Assembly: GCA_028826165.1 (NCBI GenBank)
Contig: JAPDFW010000106.1
Coordinates: forward strand, 1 to 64,000
Source: Anaeramoeba ignava BMAN
Lineage: Eukaryota > Protista > Anaeramoebae
DNA: 64,000 nucleotides
Reading direction: 5' to 3'
In this document: one piece after another, positions 52,675-64,000 of the stretch
How the letters are laid out: each line of letters opens with the position of its first letter
Position numbering within the stretch: the stretch's first letter is position 1
Made by a program: the position numbers and the translations under genes
Notes under the pieces: model-generated
Seen by the model: only the letters and a program-made list of their open reading frames with translations
Told to the model about the DNA's origin: nothing
The model's database searches: none

Positions 52675-55401
52675 TTAAATATCCAAATTATCTTGAAGTT
52701 CTTGTTCTTCTTCGTTTTCTTTGATAATTTCTTTGATAATTTGTTTTCTTCTTTTTTTCTTATATAAAATAATTCCAAGAATAATTATTGAAATAATAAC
52801 AATAATTGGAATAATTATACCTAAACTTATTACTGTTATTTTTGAATTATCATTAGGTTCATTTGTTGATGATATTGTAATTGAAGTTGTTGAATTAATT
52901 CCTGAATATTGATTAACTAAACAATTTAAATCAGCTGATGAATAAACTGAAATTTCATAATATTCTCCTCCTTTTAATCCTGAAGAAACTGAATAATTTG
53001 TTGTTAAATTTGTTAAGCAAATTGAAGTTGAATTATAAGTAAATGAATATGCTTTTAATCCACTTGATAAAATTAATGAATCCCAATTACATTCAAATCC
53101 ATTAATTATTGAATAACAATTTAATGAAGTAATATTTCCTAATTTAGCTCTTGTTGAAATAATTGAACTAGGTAATCCTAAATATGGCGTTTCACAATTT
53201 AAATCTGAACATCCTCTAATTGAAATATTATATTCAATATTTCCTGATATTCCACTTATTATTCCAATTACTTCATTTCCACTTAAATCAAGAGATGTGA
53301 ATTTTTCCCAATTTGTTTTATTATCAAGTGAAATTGAATAATTATTTGCATTTATTAATTTTGTGAAATTAAATTCAATTTCTTCAATTTTGGAAATTGT
53401 TTCATAAATTATTGGAGATGGTAAATTATCAGTTTTAATTGAAATTGATGAAATATATCCACATTTTCCATTTGAATTACATGCTGATATATTGATTTGA
53501 TATTGTTGATTTGGGAATTGAACTGTAAATTGTTGATTTGATGAAGTTGGTTGATAATTTCCTGAATCATTTTGAGAAATTGATTGATAAGTAAAATTAT
53601 AATAAAATGGAATTGAACAATTAATTGGTTGATTCCAATTACAATTAATATCGATTGAATTTGAAATTGAACATGTTAAATTTGTAATTTCTCCAAATAT
53701 TAATGAAATTGATGATTCAACAATTTCTCCTTTATCATCTCCTTCACACTCATGTGTTCTACATCCACAAATTGAAATATTATAATCATTTTCACATTCA
53801 AAATCATTCCAAAAATAATCAAGTGAAGAATTATCAACTGAAATGAAAGATATTAAATCAGGTTCAGATTGAATGAAATAAGAAATATTATAATGATCAA
53901 GATGTGCAATTCCTTCATTGATCTGGACATTTGGATAATCCCAAGTAATATTAATTGAATTATTTGAAGGATTTGATAATTGGAAATCTTTTACAGAATC
54001 AATTTTTGTTGTTAAATTAACAAAAGAAGAAGATTCACCACATTTCATTGATTCATTATCACAAGCATGAATTTGAATTGAATAATATTCATTTCCAGTA
54101 ATATTATCATAAATTGAAGAATTAAATTGTTGATAATAAGCATTCTCATCTTCAAGAATTGGAGAATCAATATCAATCCAATCATATCCATAATTAATTT
54201 GATAAATCAGAGTTGAAGGAAATTCAATTTTATCCCAATAACAATCAAATGATGAAAACAATGATGAACAATTAACAATATTAACTTGAGGAATGAAACT
54301 ACCTTCATAAACAAATGTTTGATTTCCAACAGAAGCTCCAATAACAGTAAAATTTCCATAAATTGAAACAAATTCTGCGAATTGTGAAGCTGAAGGTTGA
54401 TTGAAAATTTGTTCTTGATTCCAAATTGATCCATTATATCTGTAAATAAATGCTTTTTTTGTCTGAGTTCCAATAACAATAACATCTTCATAAATTGAAA
54501 CAGAAGATCCAAAAGTTGTAGCTGATTCATTCAAAATTTGTTCTTCATTCCAAATTGTTCCATTATATCTGTAAATAAATGTTTGATTTGCCTGAGTTCC
54601 AATAACAATAACATCTTCATAAATTGAAACAGACCATCCAAAATCTGTAGCTGATTCATTCAAAACTTGTTCTTGATTCCAAATTGATCCATTATATCTG
54701 TAAATAAATGTTTTTCTTGAATTAGGAGCTCCAATAACAATAACATCTTCATAAATTGAAACAGAAGATCCAAAATTTATAGCTAATTCACTCAAAATTT
54801 GTTCTTCATTCCAAATTGTTCCATTATATCTGTAAATAAATGCTTTATTTCTACTAAAACTAGTTCCAATAACCATAACATCTTCATAAATTGAGGAATG
54901 CCATCCAAACATTGAAGCTGAAGGTTCACTCAAAATTTGTTCTTCATTCCAAATTGTTCCATTATATCTGTAAATAAATGCTTGACTTGAACCATAAGCT
55001 CCAATAACAATAACATCTTTATAAACTGAAGCACTCCATCCAAGCATTGAAGCTGAAGGTTTACTCAAAATTTGTTCAAGTTCAAAATTTGTTCCATTAT
55101 ATCTGTAAATAAATGCTTTTCTTTCAATAGGAGCTCCAATAACAAGAACATCTTTATAAATTGAAACACTTGTTCCAAAACTTCCTGAACCTGAAAATTG
55201 ATCTAATAAATTCCAAATCCAAGCTTCATCTGGAGTAGAATAATATCTTGTTGTTTCTGTTAATAATCTTGTTGTTTCTAATTCTTGAATTATTGTGGAA
55301 ATTGATTTTTGTTGATTTTGATTTTGATTTTGATTTGATTGAATTAAGAAAATATTGATAATTAAGAAAAAGGAAAAGGAAAAGAAAAGATTTAATTTCA
55401 T
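52675..55401 (-). CDS. Type I membrane protein: signal peptide, 7 FG-GAP-like propeller blades, ~5 FN3-like domains, TM helix, short cytosolic tail
   Basis: Seven repeats FG.SVSIY.DV.VIG[AT]...FIYRYNG..W..EQ. FN3 signatures (SINITWDYP..YNISY; YQINISACN). Hydrophobic segment ITVISLGIIIPIIVIISIIILGIILY followed by KKKRRK. Confidence 0.88.
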   Translation of the reverse strand: MKLNLFFSFSFFLIINIFLIQSNQNQNQNQQKSISTIIQELETTRLLTETTRYYSTPDEAWIWNLLDQFSGSGSFGTSVSIYKDVLVIGAPIERKAFIYRYNGTNFELEQILSKPSASMLGWSASVYKDVIVIGAYGSSQAFIYRYNGTIWNEEQILSEPSASMFGWHSSIYEDVMVIGTSFSRNKAFIYRYNGTIWNEEQILSELAINFGSSVSIYEDVIVIGAPNSRKTFIYRYNGSIWNQEQVLNESATDFGWSVSIYEDVIVIGTQANQTFIYRYNGTIWNEEQILNESATTFGSSVSIYEDVIVIGTQTKKAFIYRYNGSIWNQEQIFNQPSASQFAEFVSIYGNFTVIGASVGNQTFVYEGSFIPQVNIVNCSSLFSSFDCYWDKIEFPSTLIYQINYGYDWIDIDSPILEDENAYYQQFNSSIYDNITGNEYYSIQIHACDNESMKCGESSSFVNLTTKIDSVKDFQLSNPSNNSINITWDYPNVQINEGIAHLDHYNISYFIQSEPDLISFISVDNSSLDYFWNDFECENDYNISICGCRTHECEGDDKGEIVESSISLIFGEITNLTCSISNSIDINCNWNQPINCSIPFYYNFTYQSISQNDSGNYQPTSSNQQFTVQFPNQQYQINISACNSNGKCGYISSISIKTDNLPSPIIYETISKIEEIEFNFTKLINANNYSISLDNKTNWEKFTSLDLSGNEVIGIISGISGNIEYNISIRGCSDLNCETPYLGLPSSIISTRAKLGNITSLNCYSIINGFECNWDSLILSSGLKAYSFTYNSTSICLTNLTTNYSVSSGLKGGEYYEISVYSSADLNCLVNQYSGINSTTSITISSTNEPNDNSKITVISLGIIIPIIVIISIIILGIILYKKKRRKQIIKEIIKENEEEQELQDNLDI

Positions 55402-55934
55402 TTTTGTTTCTTTTTTGTTTTGTTAACTATTTTATTTTAAAAATAAATAAATAAGAAATTAATAGAAAATGAGTTTATTTTTGTGTGTTTATTAGGTAAA
55501 AAAATTATTTTTTTTCTTACTTTTTTGTTCTTGTTTTTGTTTGAAAGAAAAAAAGAATAAGAAAAGAAAAAATGATTAATTTTTTTTTAATTAAATAAAA
55601 TTGAGAAAAAAAAATGATTATTTTGTTTATTCTTTTAATTAAAAAATTGAATAAATGAATTTAAAATTAAAATTAAATTATATTTTAGGAATAATTTTTT
55701 ATTATTAATTAATGATAATTTCTATTTAAATTAATGAATAAATTTTAATTTAAATTTTCCAAAAAAAAGAAAAAGAAATTTAATAAGAATTTAATAAGAA
55801 TTTAATAAGAAAAAGAAAAAGAATTTTATTTCTAATTATTAATTAAATCTAAATTAAATCTTAATTAAATCTAAATTAAATCTAAATAAAATCTAAATTA
55901 AAAATTTGATTCAAATTTATTTCTTTTTCTTTTT

Positions 55935-57508
55935 AAAAATATAAAAAAATAAGAATAAGTTTAATTTAATATTTAATTTATAAATTAATCTAAAAATATA
56001 ATTTAATATTTAATTTTATTATTAAAATAATAATTTAATGTTTTAAATTTAAATATTTTATTATTTAAATATTTAACATATAAATATAAAAATGAGAATA
56101 GATTTAATTTAATATTTAATTTATAAATTAATTAAAAATATAATTTAATAATCAATTTTATTATTAAAATATTAATTTATTATTTTAGATTTAAATATTT
56201 TCTTATTTAAATATTTAACATATAAATATAAAAAAATAGGAATAGTTTTAATTTAATATTTAATTTATAAATTAATTAAAAATATAATTTAATATTTAAT
56301 TTTATGTTTAAAATAATAATTTAATGTTTTAGATTTAAATATTTTATTATTTAAATATTTAACATATAAATATAAAAATGAGAATAGATTTGATTTAATA
56401 TTTAATTTATAAATTAATTTAGAAATATAATTTCTAAAATAATTTTATTATTAAAATAATAATTTATTGTTTTAAATTTAAATATTTTATTATTTAAGAA
56501 TTTAACATATAAATATAAAAAATAAGAATAGATTTAATTTAATATTTAATTTATAAATTATTTTAAAAATATAATTTAATAATCAATTTTATGTTTAAAA
56601 TAATAATTTAATGTTTTAGATTTAAATATTTTCTTATTTAAATATTTAACATATAAATATAAAAAATGAGAATAGATTTAATTTAATATTTAATTTATAA
56701 ATTAATTTAAAAATATAATTTAATATTTAATTTTATGTTTAAAATAATAATTTAATGTTTTAGATTTAAATATTTTATTATTTAAATATTTAACATATAA
56801 ATATAGAAAATAAAAATAAGTTTAATTTAATATTTAATTAATAAAATAATTTAAAAATATAATTTAATAATTAATTTTATTATTAAAATAATAATTTAAT
56901 GTTTTAGATTTAAATATTTTATTATTTAAATATTTAACATATAAATATAAAAATGGGAATAGATTTGATTTAATATTTAATTTATAAATTAATTTAAAAA
57001 TATAATTTCTAAAAATAATTTTATGTTTAAAATAATAATTTATTGTTTTAGATTTAAATATTTTATTATTTAAATATTTAACATATAAATATAAAAATGA
57101 GAATAAATTTAATTTAATATTTAATTTATAAAATAATTTAAAAATATAATTTAATATTTAATTTTATTATTAAAATAATAATTTAATGTTTTAAATTTAA
57201 ATATTTTATTATTTAAATATTTAACATAAAAATATAAAAAATGAAAATAGATTTAATTTAATATTTAATTTATAAATTAATTTAAAAATATAATTTAATA
57301 TTTAATTTTATGTTTAAAATAATAATTTAATGTTTTAGATTTAAATATTTTATTATTTAAATATTTACCAAATAAATATAAAAAATGAGAATAGATTTAA
57401 TTTAATATTTAATTTATAAATTAATTTAAAAATATAATTTAATATTTAATTTTATTATTAAAATATTAATTTAATGTTTTAGATTTAAATATTTTATTAT
57501 TTAAAAAT
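55935..57508. repeat. ~141-bp satellite array 6 (~11 units)
   Basis: Same unit as array 1. Confidence 0.9.
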
Positions 57509-57679
57509 ATGATGTTTTTTGAATTTGTGTTTTGAGTTAGTTTTGTTGATTTTTTATTCTAAAATTCTTTTAAAAATTCTTTCTCAAAATTGAATAAAAA
57601 ATTTAATTAGTTTGTTATTGTGGTTTTCATTTTTTCTTTTTTAAAAAATAGAATTAAAAAGAAATCCTTTTTTTTTTGC

Positions 57680-60600
57680 TTATTTTTCTAATCTCTTAAG
57701 TGTCCAATTTCCTTTTTCTTGAATATCTTTATTATTTGGGAAATTATTCATTGCTTTAATTATTGTTGATATTCCTTCTTTTTTTCTAATTTCAATTTTA
57801 TTTTCTTTTTATTTATTTTTTGATTTGGATTTTAAATTAATAAATTATTTAATTATTTCCAAAAAAAAAGGTTTTTTAAATTGATAAAAATATTTTACCT
57901 TCATTTAAAGCAATATTTCTTAAAGCCCAAATCCCATATTTTTGAATATCTTGATTATTTGGGAAATTATTCATTGATTTAATTATTATTATTGATATTC
58001 CTTCTTTTTTTCTAATTTTAATTTGATTTTCTTTTTATTTATTTTTTGATTTGAATTTTAAATTATTAAATTATTTATTTATTCCCAAAAAAAAAAGGTT
58101 TTTAAATTGATAAAAATATTTTACCTTTATTTAAAGCAATATTTCTTAAAGCCCAAATTGCATGTTTTTGAATATCTTGATTATTTGGGAAATTATTCAT
58201 TGATTTAATTATTATTGATATTCCTTCTTTTTTTCCAATTTCAATTTGATTTTCTTTTTATTTATTTTTTGATTTGAATTTTAAATTATTAAATTATTTA
58301 TTTAATTATTTCCAAAAAAAAAGGTTTTTAAATTGATAAAAATATTTTACCTTCATTTAAAGCAATATTTCTTAAAGCCCAAATCCCATGTTTTTGAATA
58401 TCTTGATTATTTGGGAAATTATTCATTGATTTAATTATTATTGATATTCCATCTTTTTTTCTAATTTCAATTTGATTTTCTTTTTATTTATTTTTTGATT
58501 TGGATTTTAAATTATTAAATTATTTATTTAATTATTTCCAAAAAAAAGGTTTTTAAATTGATAAAATTAATATTTAATTATTTTGATTTAAATTTGAAAT
58601 TAAATTTAAAAAAATGTTTTTTTATTATTATTTCTTATTTTCAATTTTTAAATAAATTTAATAAAAAAAAGTGGATTGATTTTAAAAATTAAAGAGAAGA
58701 ATAATAATTGATTTAGTTTTTAGTTTTTAAATTGATAAAAATATTTTACCTTTATTAAAAGAAATATTTTTTAAAGTCCAAATTCCATTTTCTTGAATAT
58801 CTTGATTATTTGGGAAATTATTCATTGATTTAATTATTATTGATATTCCATCTTTTTTTCCAATTTCAATTTGATTTTCTTTTTATTTATTTTGATTTGA
58901 ATTTTAAATTATTAAATTATTTATTTATTCCCAAAAAAAAAGGTTTTTAAATTGATAAAAATATTTTACCTTTATTAAAAGAAATATTTTTTAAAGTCCA
59001 AATCCCATATTTTTGAATATCTTGATTATTTGGGAAATTATTCATTGATTTAATTATTATTGATATTCCATCTTTTTTTCCAATTTCAATTTGATTTTCT
59101 TTTTATTTATTTTTTGATTTGAATTTTAAATTATTAAATTATTTATTTATTCCCAAAAAAAAAGGTTTTTAAATTGATAAAAATATTTTACCTTTATTAA
59201 AAGAAATATTTTTTAAAGCCCAACATCCTTGTTTTTGAATATCTTGATTATTTGGGAAATTATTCATTGATTTAATTATTGTTGAAATTCCTTCTTTTTT
59301 TCTAATTTCAATTCGATTTTCTTTTTATTTATTTTTGATTTGAATTTTAAATTAATAAATTATTTATTTATTTCCAAAAAAAAAGGTTTTTAAATTGATA
59401 AAAATATTTTACCTTCATTTAAAGCAATATTTCTTAAAGTCCAAATTCCATTTTCTTGAATATCTTGATTATTTGGGAAATTATTCATTGATTTAATTAT
59501 TATTGATATTCCATCTTTTTTTCTAATTTCAATTCGATTTTCTTTTTATTTATTTTTGATTTGAATTTTAAATTAATAAATTATTTATTTAATTATTTCC
59601 CAAAAAAAAAGTTTTTAAATTGATAAAAATATTTTACCTTCATTATTAAAAGAAAGATTAATAAAAGTTTGACAAGAATAGTTTTGAATATCTTGATTAT
59701 TTGGGAAATTATTCATTGATTTAATTATTATTGATATTCCTTCTTTTTTTCCAATTTCAATTTTATTTTCTTTTTATTTATTTTGATTTGGATTTTAAAT
59801 TATTAAATTATTTATTTAATTATTTCCAAAAAAAAGGTTTTTAAATTGATAAAAATATTTTACCTTCATTTAAAGAAATATTTTTTAAAGTCCAAATTCC
59901 ATTTTCTTGAATATCTTGATTATTTGGGAAATTATTCATTGATTTAATTATTGTTGAAATTCCATCTTTTTTTCTAATTTCAATTTTATTTTCTTTTTAT
60001 TTATTTTTTGATTTGGATTTTAAATTATTAAATTATTTATTTCCAAAAAAAAGGTTTTTAAATTGATAAAATTAATATTTAATTATTTTGATTTAAATTT
60101 GAAATTAAATTTAAAAAAATGTTTTTTTATTATTATTTCTTATTTTCAATTTTTAAATAAATTTAATAAAAAAAAGTGGATTGATTTTAAAAATTAAAGA
60201 GAAGAATAATAATTGATTTAGTTTTTAGTTTTTAAATTGATAAAAATATTTTACCTTTATTAAAAGAAATATTTTTTAAAGTCCAAATTCCATTTTCTTG
60301 AATATCTTGATTATTTGGGAAATTATTCATTGATTTAATTATTGTTGATATTCCTTCTTTTTTTCTAATTTCAATTCGATTTTCTTTTTATTTATTTTTT
60401 GATTTGAATTTTAAATTAATAAATTATTTATTTATTTCCAAAAAAAAAGGTTTTTAAATTGATAAAAATATTTTACCTTTATTTAAAGAAATATTATTTA
60501 AAGCCCAACATCCATTTTCTTGAATATCTTGATTATTTGGGAAATTATTCATTGCTTTAATTATTGTTGAAATTCCTTCTTTTTTTCTAATTTCAATTTG

Positions 60601-63600
60601 ATTTTCTTTTTATTTATTTTTTGATTTGAATTTTAAATTATTAAATTATTTATTTATTTCCAAAAAAAAAGGTTTTTAAATTGATAAAAATATTTTACCT
60701 TTATTAAAAGAAATATTTTTTAAAGTCCAAATTCCATATTTTTGGATATCTTGATTATTTGGGAAATTATTCATTGATTTAATTATTATTGAAATTCCAT
60801 CTTTTTTTCTAATTTCAATTCGATTTTCTTTTTATTTATTTTTTGATTTGAATTTTAAATTAATAAATTATTTATTTATTTCAAAAAAAAAGGTTTTTAA
60901 ATTGATAAAAATATTTTACTATCATTTAAAGCAATATTATTTAAAGTCCAAATTCCATTTTCTTGAATATCTTGATTATTTGGGAAATTATTCATTGATT
61001 TAATTATTATTGATATTCCTTCTTTTTTTCCAATTTCAATTTGATTTTCTTTTTATTTATTTTGATTTGAATTTTAAATTAATAAATTATTTATTTATTC
61101 CCAAAAAAAAGGTTTTTAAATTGATAAAAATATTTTACCTTTATTAAAAGAAATATTTTTTAAAGCCCAAATTCCTTTTTCTTGAATATCTTGATTATTT
61201 GGGAAATTATTCATTGATTTAATTATTGTTGAAATTCCTTCTTTTTTTCTAATTTCAATTCGATTTTCTTTTTATTTATTTTGATTTGGATTTTAAATAA
61301 ATTAATTATTCCAAAAAAAGGTTTTTAAATTGATAAAATTATTTTACCTTCATTTTCAGCAATATTACTTAAAGCCCAAATTCCATGTTTTTGAATATCT
61401 TGATTATTTGGGAAATTATTCATTGATTTAATTATTGTTGATATTCCATCTTTTTTTCTAATTTCAATTCGATTTTCTTTTTATTTATTTTTGATTTGGA
61501 TTTTAAATTATTTAATTATTTAATTATTTATTCCCAAAAAAAAGGTTTTTAAATTGATAAAAATATTTTACCTTCATTTTCAGCAATATTACTTAAAGCC
61601 CAAATTCCATGTTTTTGAATATCTTGATTATTTGGGAAATTATTCATTGATTTAATTATTGTTGAAATTCCATCTTTTTTTCCAATTTCAATTTTATTTT
61701 CTTTTTATTTATTTTTGATTTGGATTTTAAATTAATTAATTATTTAATTATTTCCAAAAAGGTTTTAAATTGATAAAAATATTTTACCATTATTTAAAGC
61801 AATATTACTTAAAGCCCAAATTGCATTTTTTTGAATATCTTGATTATTTGGGAAATTATTCATTGATTTAATTATTGTTGAAATTCCATCTTTTTTTCCA
61901 ATTTCAATTTGATTTTCTTTTTTATTTATTTTTGATTTGGATTTTAAATTAATAAATTAATTATTTATTTATTTATTCCCAAAAAAAGGTTTTTAAATTG
62001 ATAAAATAGTTTTTACCATCATCTCCAACAGAAAAATTATGTAAAATAAAACATCCATTTTGTTGAATTTTTTCATTTAATTGAAATTCTTTCATCCATT
62101 GAATTGTTTTTTCAATATTAATATCTTCTTCAACTTTAATTTCTTTTTTTAAATTTAATTTTAATATTAATTATAATTTTAATTTAGGAAATAAATTACC
62201 AGAAATTTTTCCTTCTTTTTGTTCTCGAAAATTTTGTAAATTAATTTGGATTTTTCTTTCTTCTTTTATTCTAACTTTGTTTTCTCTTTTTGCTAATTTA
62301 ATTTTATTTTGATTTAAATCATTTTCTTTTTGTAAATTTTCATTTTTCTTTTGATTTAATTTTTGTTTTTTTTGATTTAAATGATTTTCTTTTTCTTGTA
62401 TTTTTTGTTCTCTTTTTTCTAATTGAGTTTTATTTTGATTTAAATCATTTTCTTTTTCTTTCAATTTTTGTTGTTTTTGATTTAAATGATTTTCTTTTTC
62501 TTGTATTTTTTGTTCTCTTTTTTCTAATTGAGTTTTATTTTGATTCATTTGATTTTCTTTTTGTAAATTTTCATTTTTCTTTTGATTTAATTTTTGTTTT
62601 TTTTGATTTAAATGATTTTCTTTTTCTTGTATTTTTTGTTCTCTTTTTTCTAATTGAGTTTTATTTTGATTTAAATCATTTTCTTTTTCTTCTAATTTTT
62701 GTTGTTTTTGATTCAAACCATTTTCTTTTTGTAAATTTTCATTTTCTTTTACTTTTACTTTTTGTTGCTTTTGATTTATTTCATTTTCTTTTTTTTGTAA
62801 TTGAGTTTTATTTTGATTTAAATCATTTTCTTTTTCTTCTAATGTTTGTTGTTTTTGATTTAATTTTTGTTGTTTTTTTAAATTTTCATTTTCTTTTTCA
62901 TTTACTTTTTGTTGCTTTTGATTTATTTCATTTTCTTTTTTTTCTAATTGAGTTTTATTTTGATTTAAATCATTTTCTTTTTCTTCTAATTTTTGTTGTT
63001 TTTGATTTAAATCATTTTCTTTTTGTAAATTTTCATTTTCTTTTTCATTTACTTTTTGTTGTTTTTGATTTATTTCATTTTCTTTTTCTTCTAATTTTTG
63101 TTGTTTTTGATTTAATTCAATTTTATTTTGATTTAGATCATTTTCTTTTTCTTTTAATTTTTGTTGTTTTTGATTTAAATCATTTTCTTTTTGTAAATTT
63201 TCATTTTCATTTTCTTTTACTTTTTGTTGTTTTTGATTTATTTCATTTTCTTTTTTTTGTAATTGATTTTTATTTTGATTTAAATCATTTTCTTTTTCTT
63301 CTAATGTTTGTTGTTTTTTATCCAATTTTTGTTGTTTTTGATTTAATTTTTGTTGTTTTTGGTTTAATTTGGTTTCTTTTTGTGTTAAATTTTCTGAAAT
63401 TGATTTTAATTTTCCCATTTTTTCATCTAATAAATCAACAAAAAAATTAGATGGAAATAATTGAAATAATTGTGTTTTTTCAATTTTTTGAATTTCTTCT
63501 TTTGTAATTTGTTTCTTTTCTTGAATTTTAATTAAAATTTCATAAATAGTTTTTTTAATTGAATTTGAATTTGATTTTAAATTTGAATTTAAATTTGATT

Positions 63601-64000
63601 CTTCTTGAAAAGATTGATTAAAATTAAGTTTATTATTTTTCATCCATTCAATAATTATTTCTTGAATTAAATTTGTTTGATCTCTTCCAAAATTTGAAAT
63701 TAAAAAATCAATAATATTTAAGAATTCATTTGTTTTTAATTTTGAAATTTCTTTTTTTTGAAGAAGATTATTGTAATTTTTAAGAATAAAATTTTGACAA
63801 ATTTCTAAAAGAAAATTTGAATGAATTTCTTTTGATTTTGAAAATATTTCAAATATATTATTTTGATTAATAATTGGTTCAATTTCTTTTTCAATTTTAA
63901 TTTTTAATTTTTCTAATCTAATTATATCAGCAAATTTAAAATATTTTTCGAATTCTTGATGATTAATATTGATTTCACCTTCATAAATATATTTGATTAT
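57680..64000 (-). CDS. BTB-coiled-coil-Armadillo protein, copy D (5' end beyond the right edge): exon 1 to 62200, cap exon 62142-62017, 17 internal ARM exons, terminal exon
   Basis: Same BTB/BACK sequence as copies A-C. ARM exons end at about 61788, 61572, 61348, 61139, 60920, 60699, 60477, 60255, 59864, 59638, 59413, 59192, 58970, 58750, 58351, 58125 and 57899. Stop 57680-57682. Confidence 0.9.
58567..58722. mobile_element. 156-bp intronic insertion flanked by the 18-bp direct repeat GTTTTTAAATTGATAAAA (copy 1)
   Basis: Absent from sibling introns; direct repeats at 58549-58566 and 58723-58740. Confidence 0.6.
60072..60227. mobile_element. Second copy of the same 156-bp intronic insertion with the same 18-bp direct repeat
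   Basis: Direct repeats at 60054-60071 and 60228-60245; the sequence appears identical to copy 1 by eye. Confidence 0.6.

Noticed and set aside
57680-62020. CRISPR-like or non-coding satellite reading of the 222-bp array
   Set aside because: Units are homologous along their whole length, have GT..AG boundaries and encode in-frame ARM repeats; no unique spacers and no cas genes.

Overview
Very AT-rich, intron-containing eukaryotic genomic DNA with the standard genetic code and short A-rich GT..AG introns. Composition and the BTB/TLDc/ARM/FG-GAP-FN3 gene families suggest an anaerobic protist such as Anaeramoeba; that is inference only. In order, the window holds: an RNF213/mysterin-like AAA+ gene running off the left edge; three tandem copine genes; a WD40-BAR-SH3 gene; a GSAP/pigeon-like gene; a monoglyceride lipase; three tandem BTB-coiled-coil-Armadillo genes; a BTB-TLDc gene split by a 5,048-bp Kolobok-like DNA transposon (TTAA duplication, 27-bp TIRs, Ulp1-like protease region); a C45 Ntn-hydrolase; CAP/Srv2; a mini-ADA2; an FG-GAP propeller/FN3 receptor; and a fourth BTB-coiled-coil-Armadillo gene running off the right edge. 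The most striking structure is invisible in the ORF track. In the four BTB genes every Armadillo repeat is its own ~129-nt exon bounded by phase-1 introns, within a ~222-bp tandem exon+intron cassette. Internal cassette number differs between paralogs (5, 6, 3, 17), and amino-acid variation is concentrated and reassorted in ARM helix 3. This looks like a modular, recombining (possibly alternatively spliced) repertoire of Cullin-3-type substrate adaptors.
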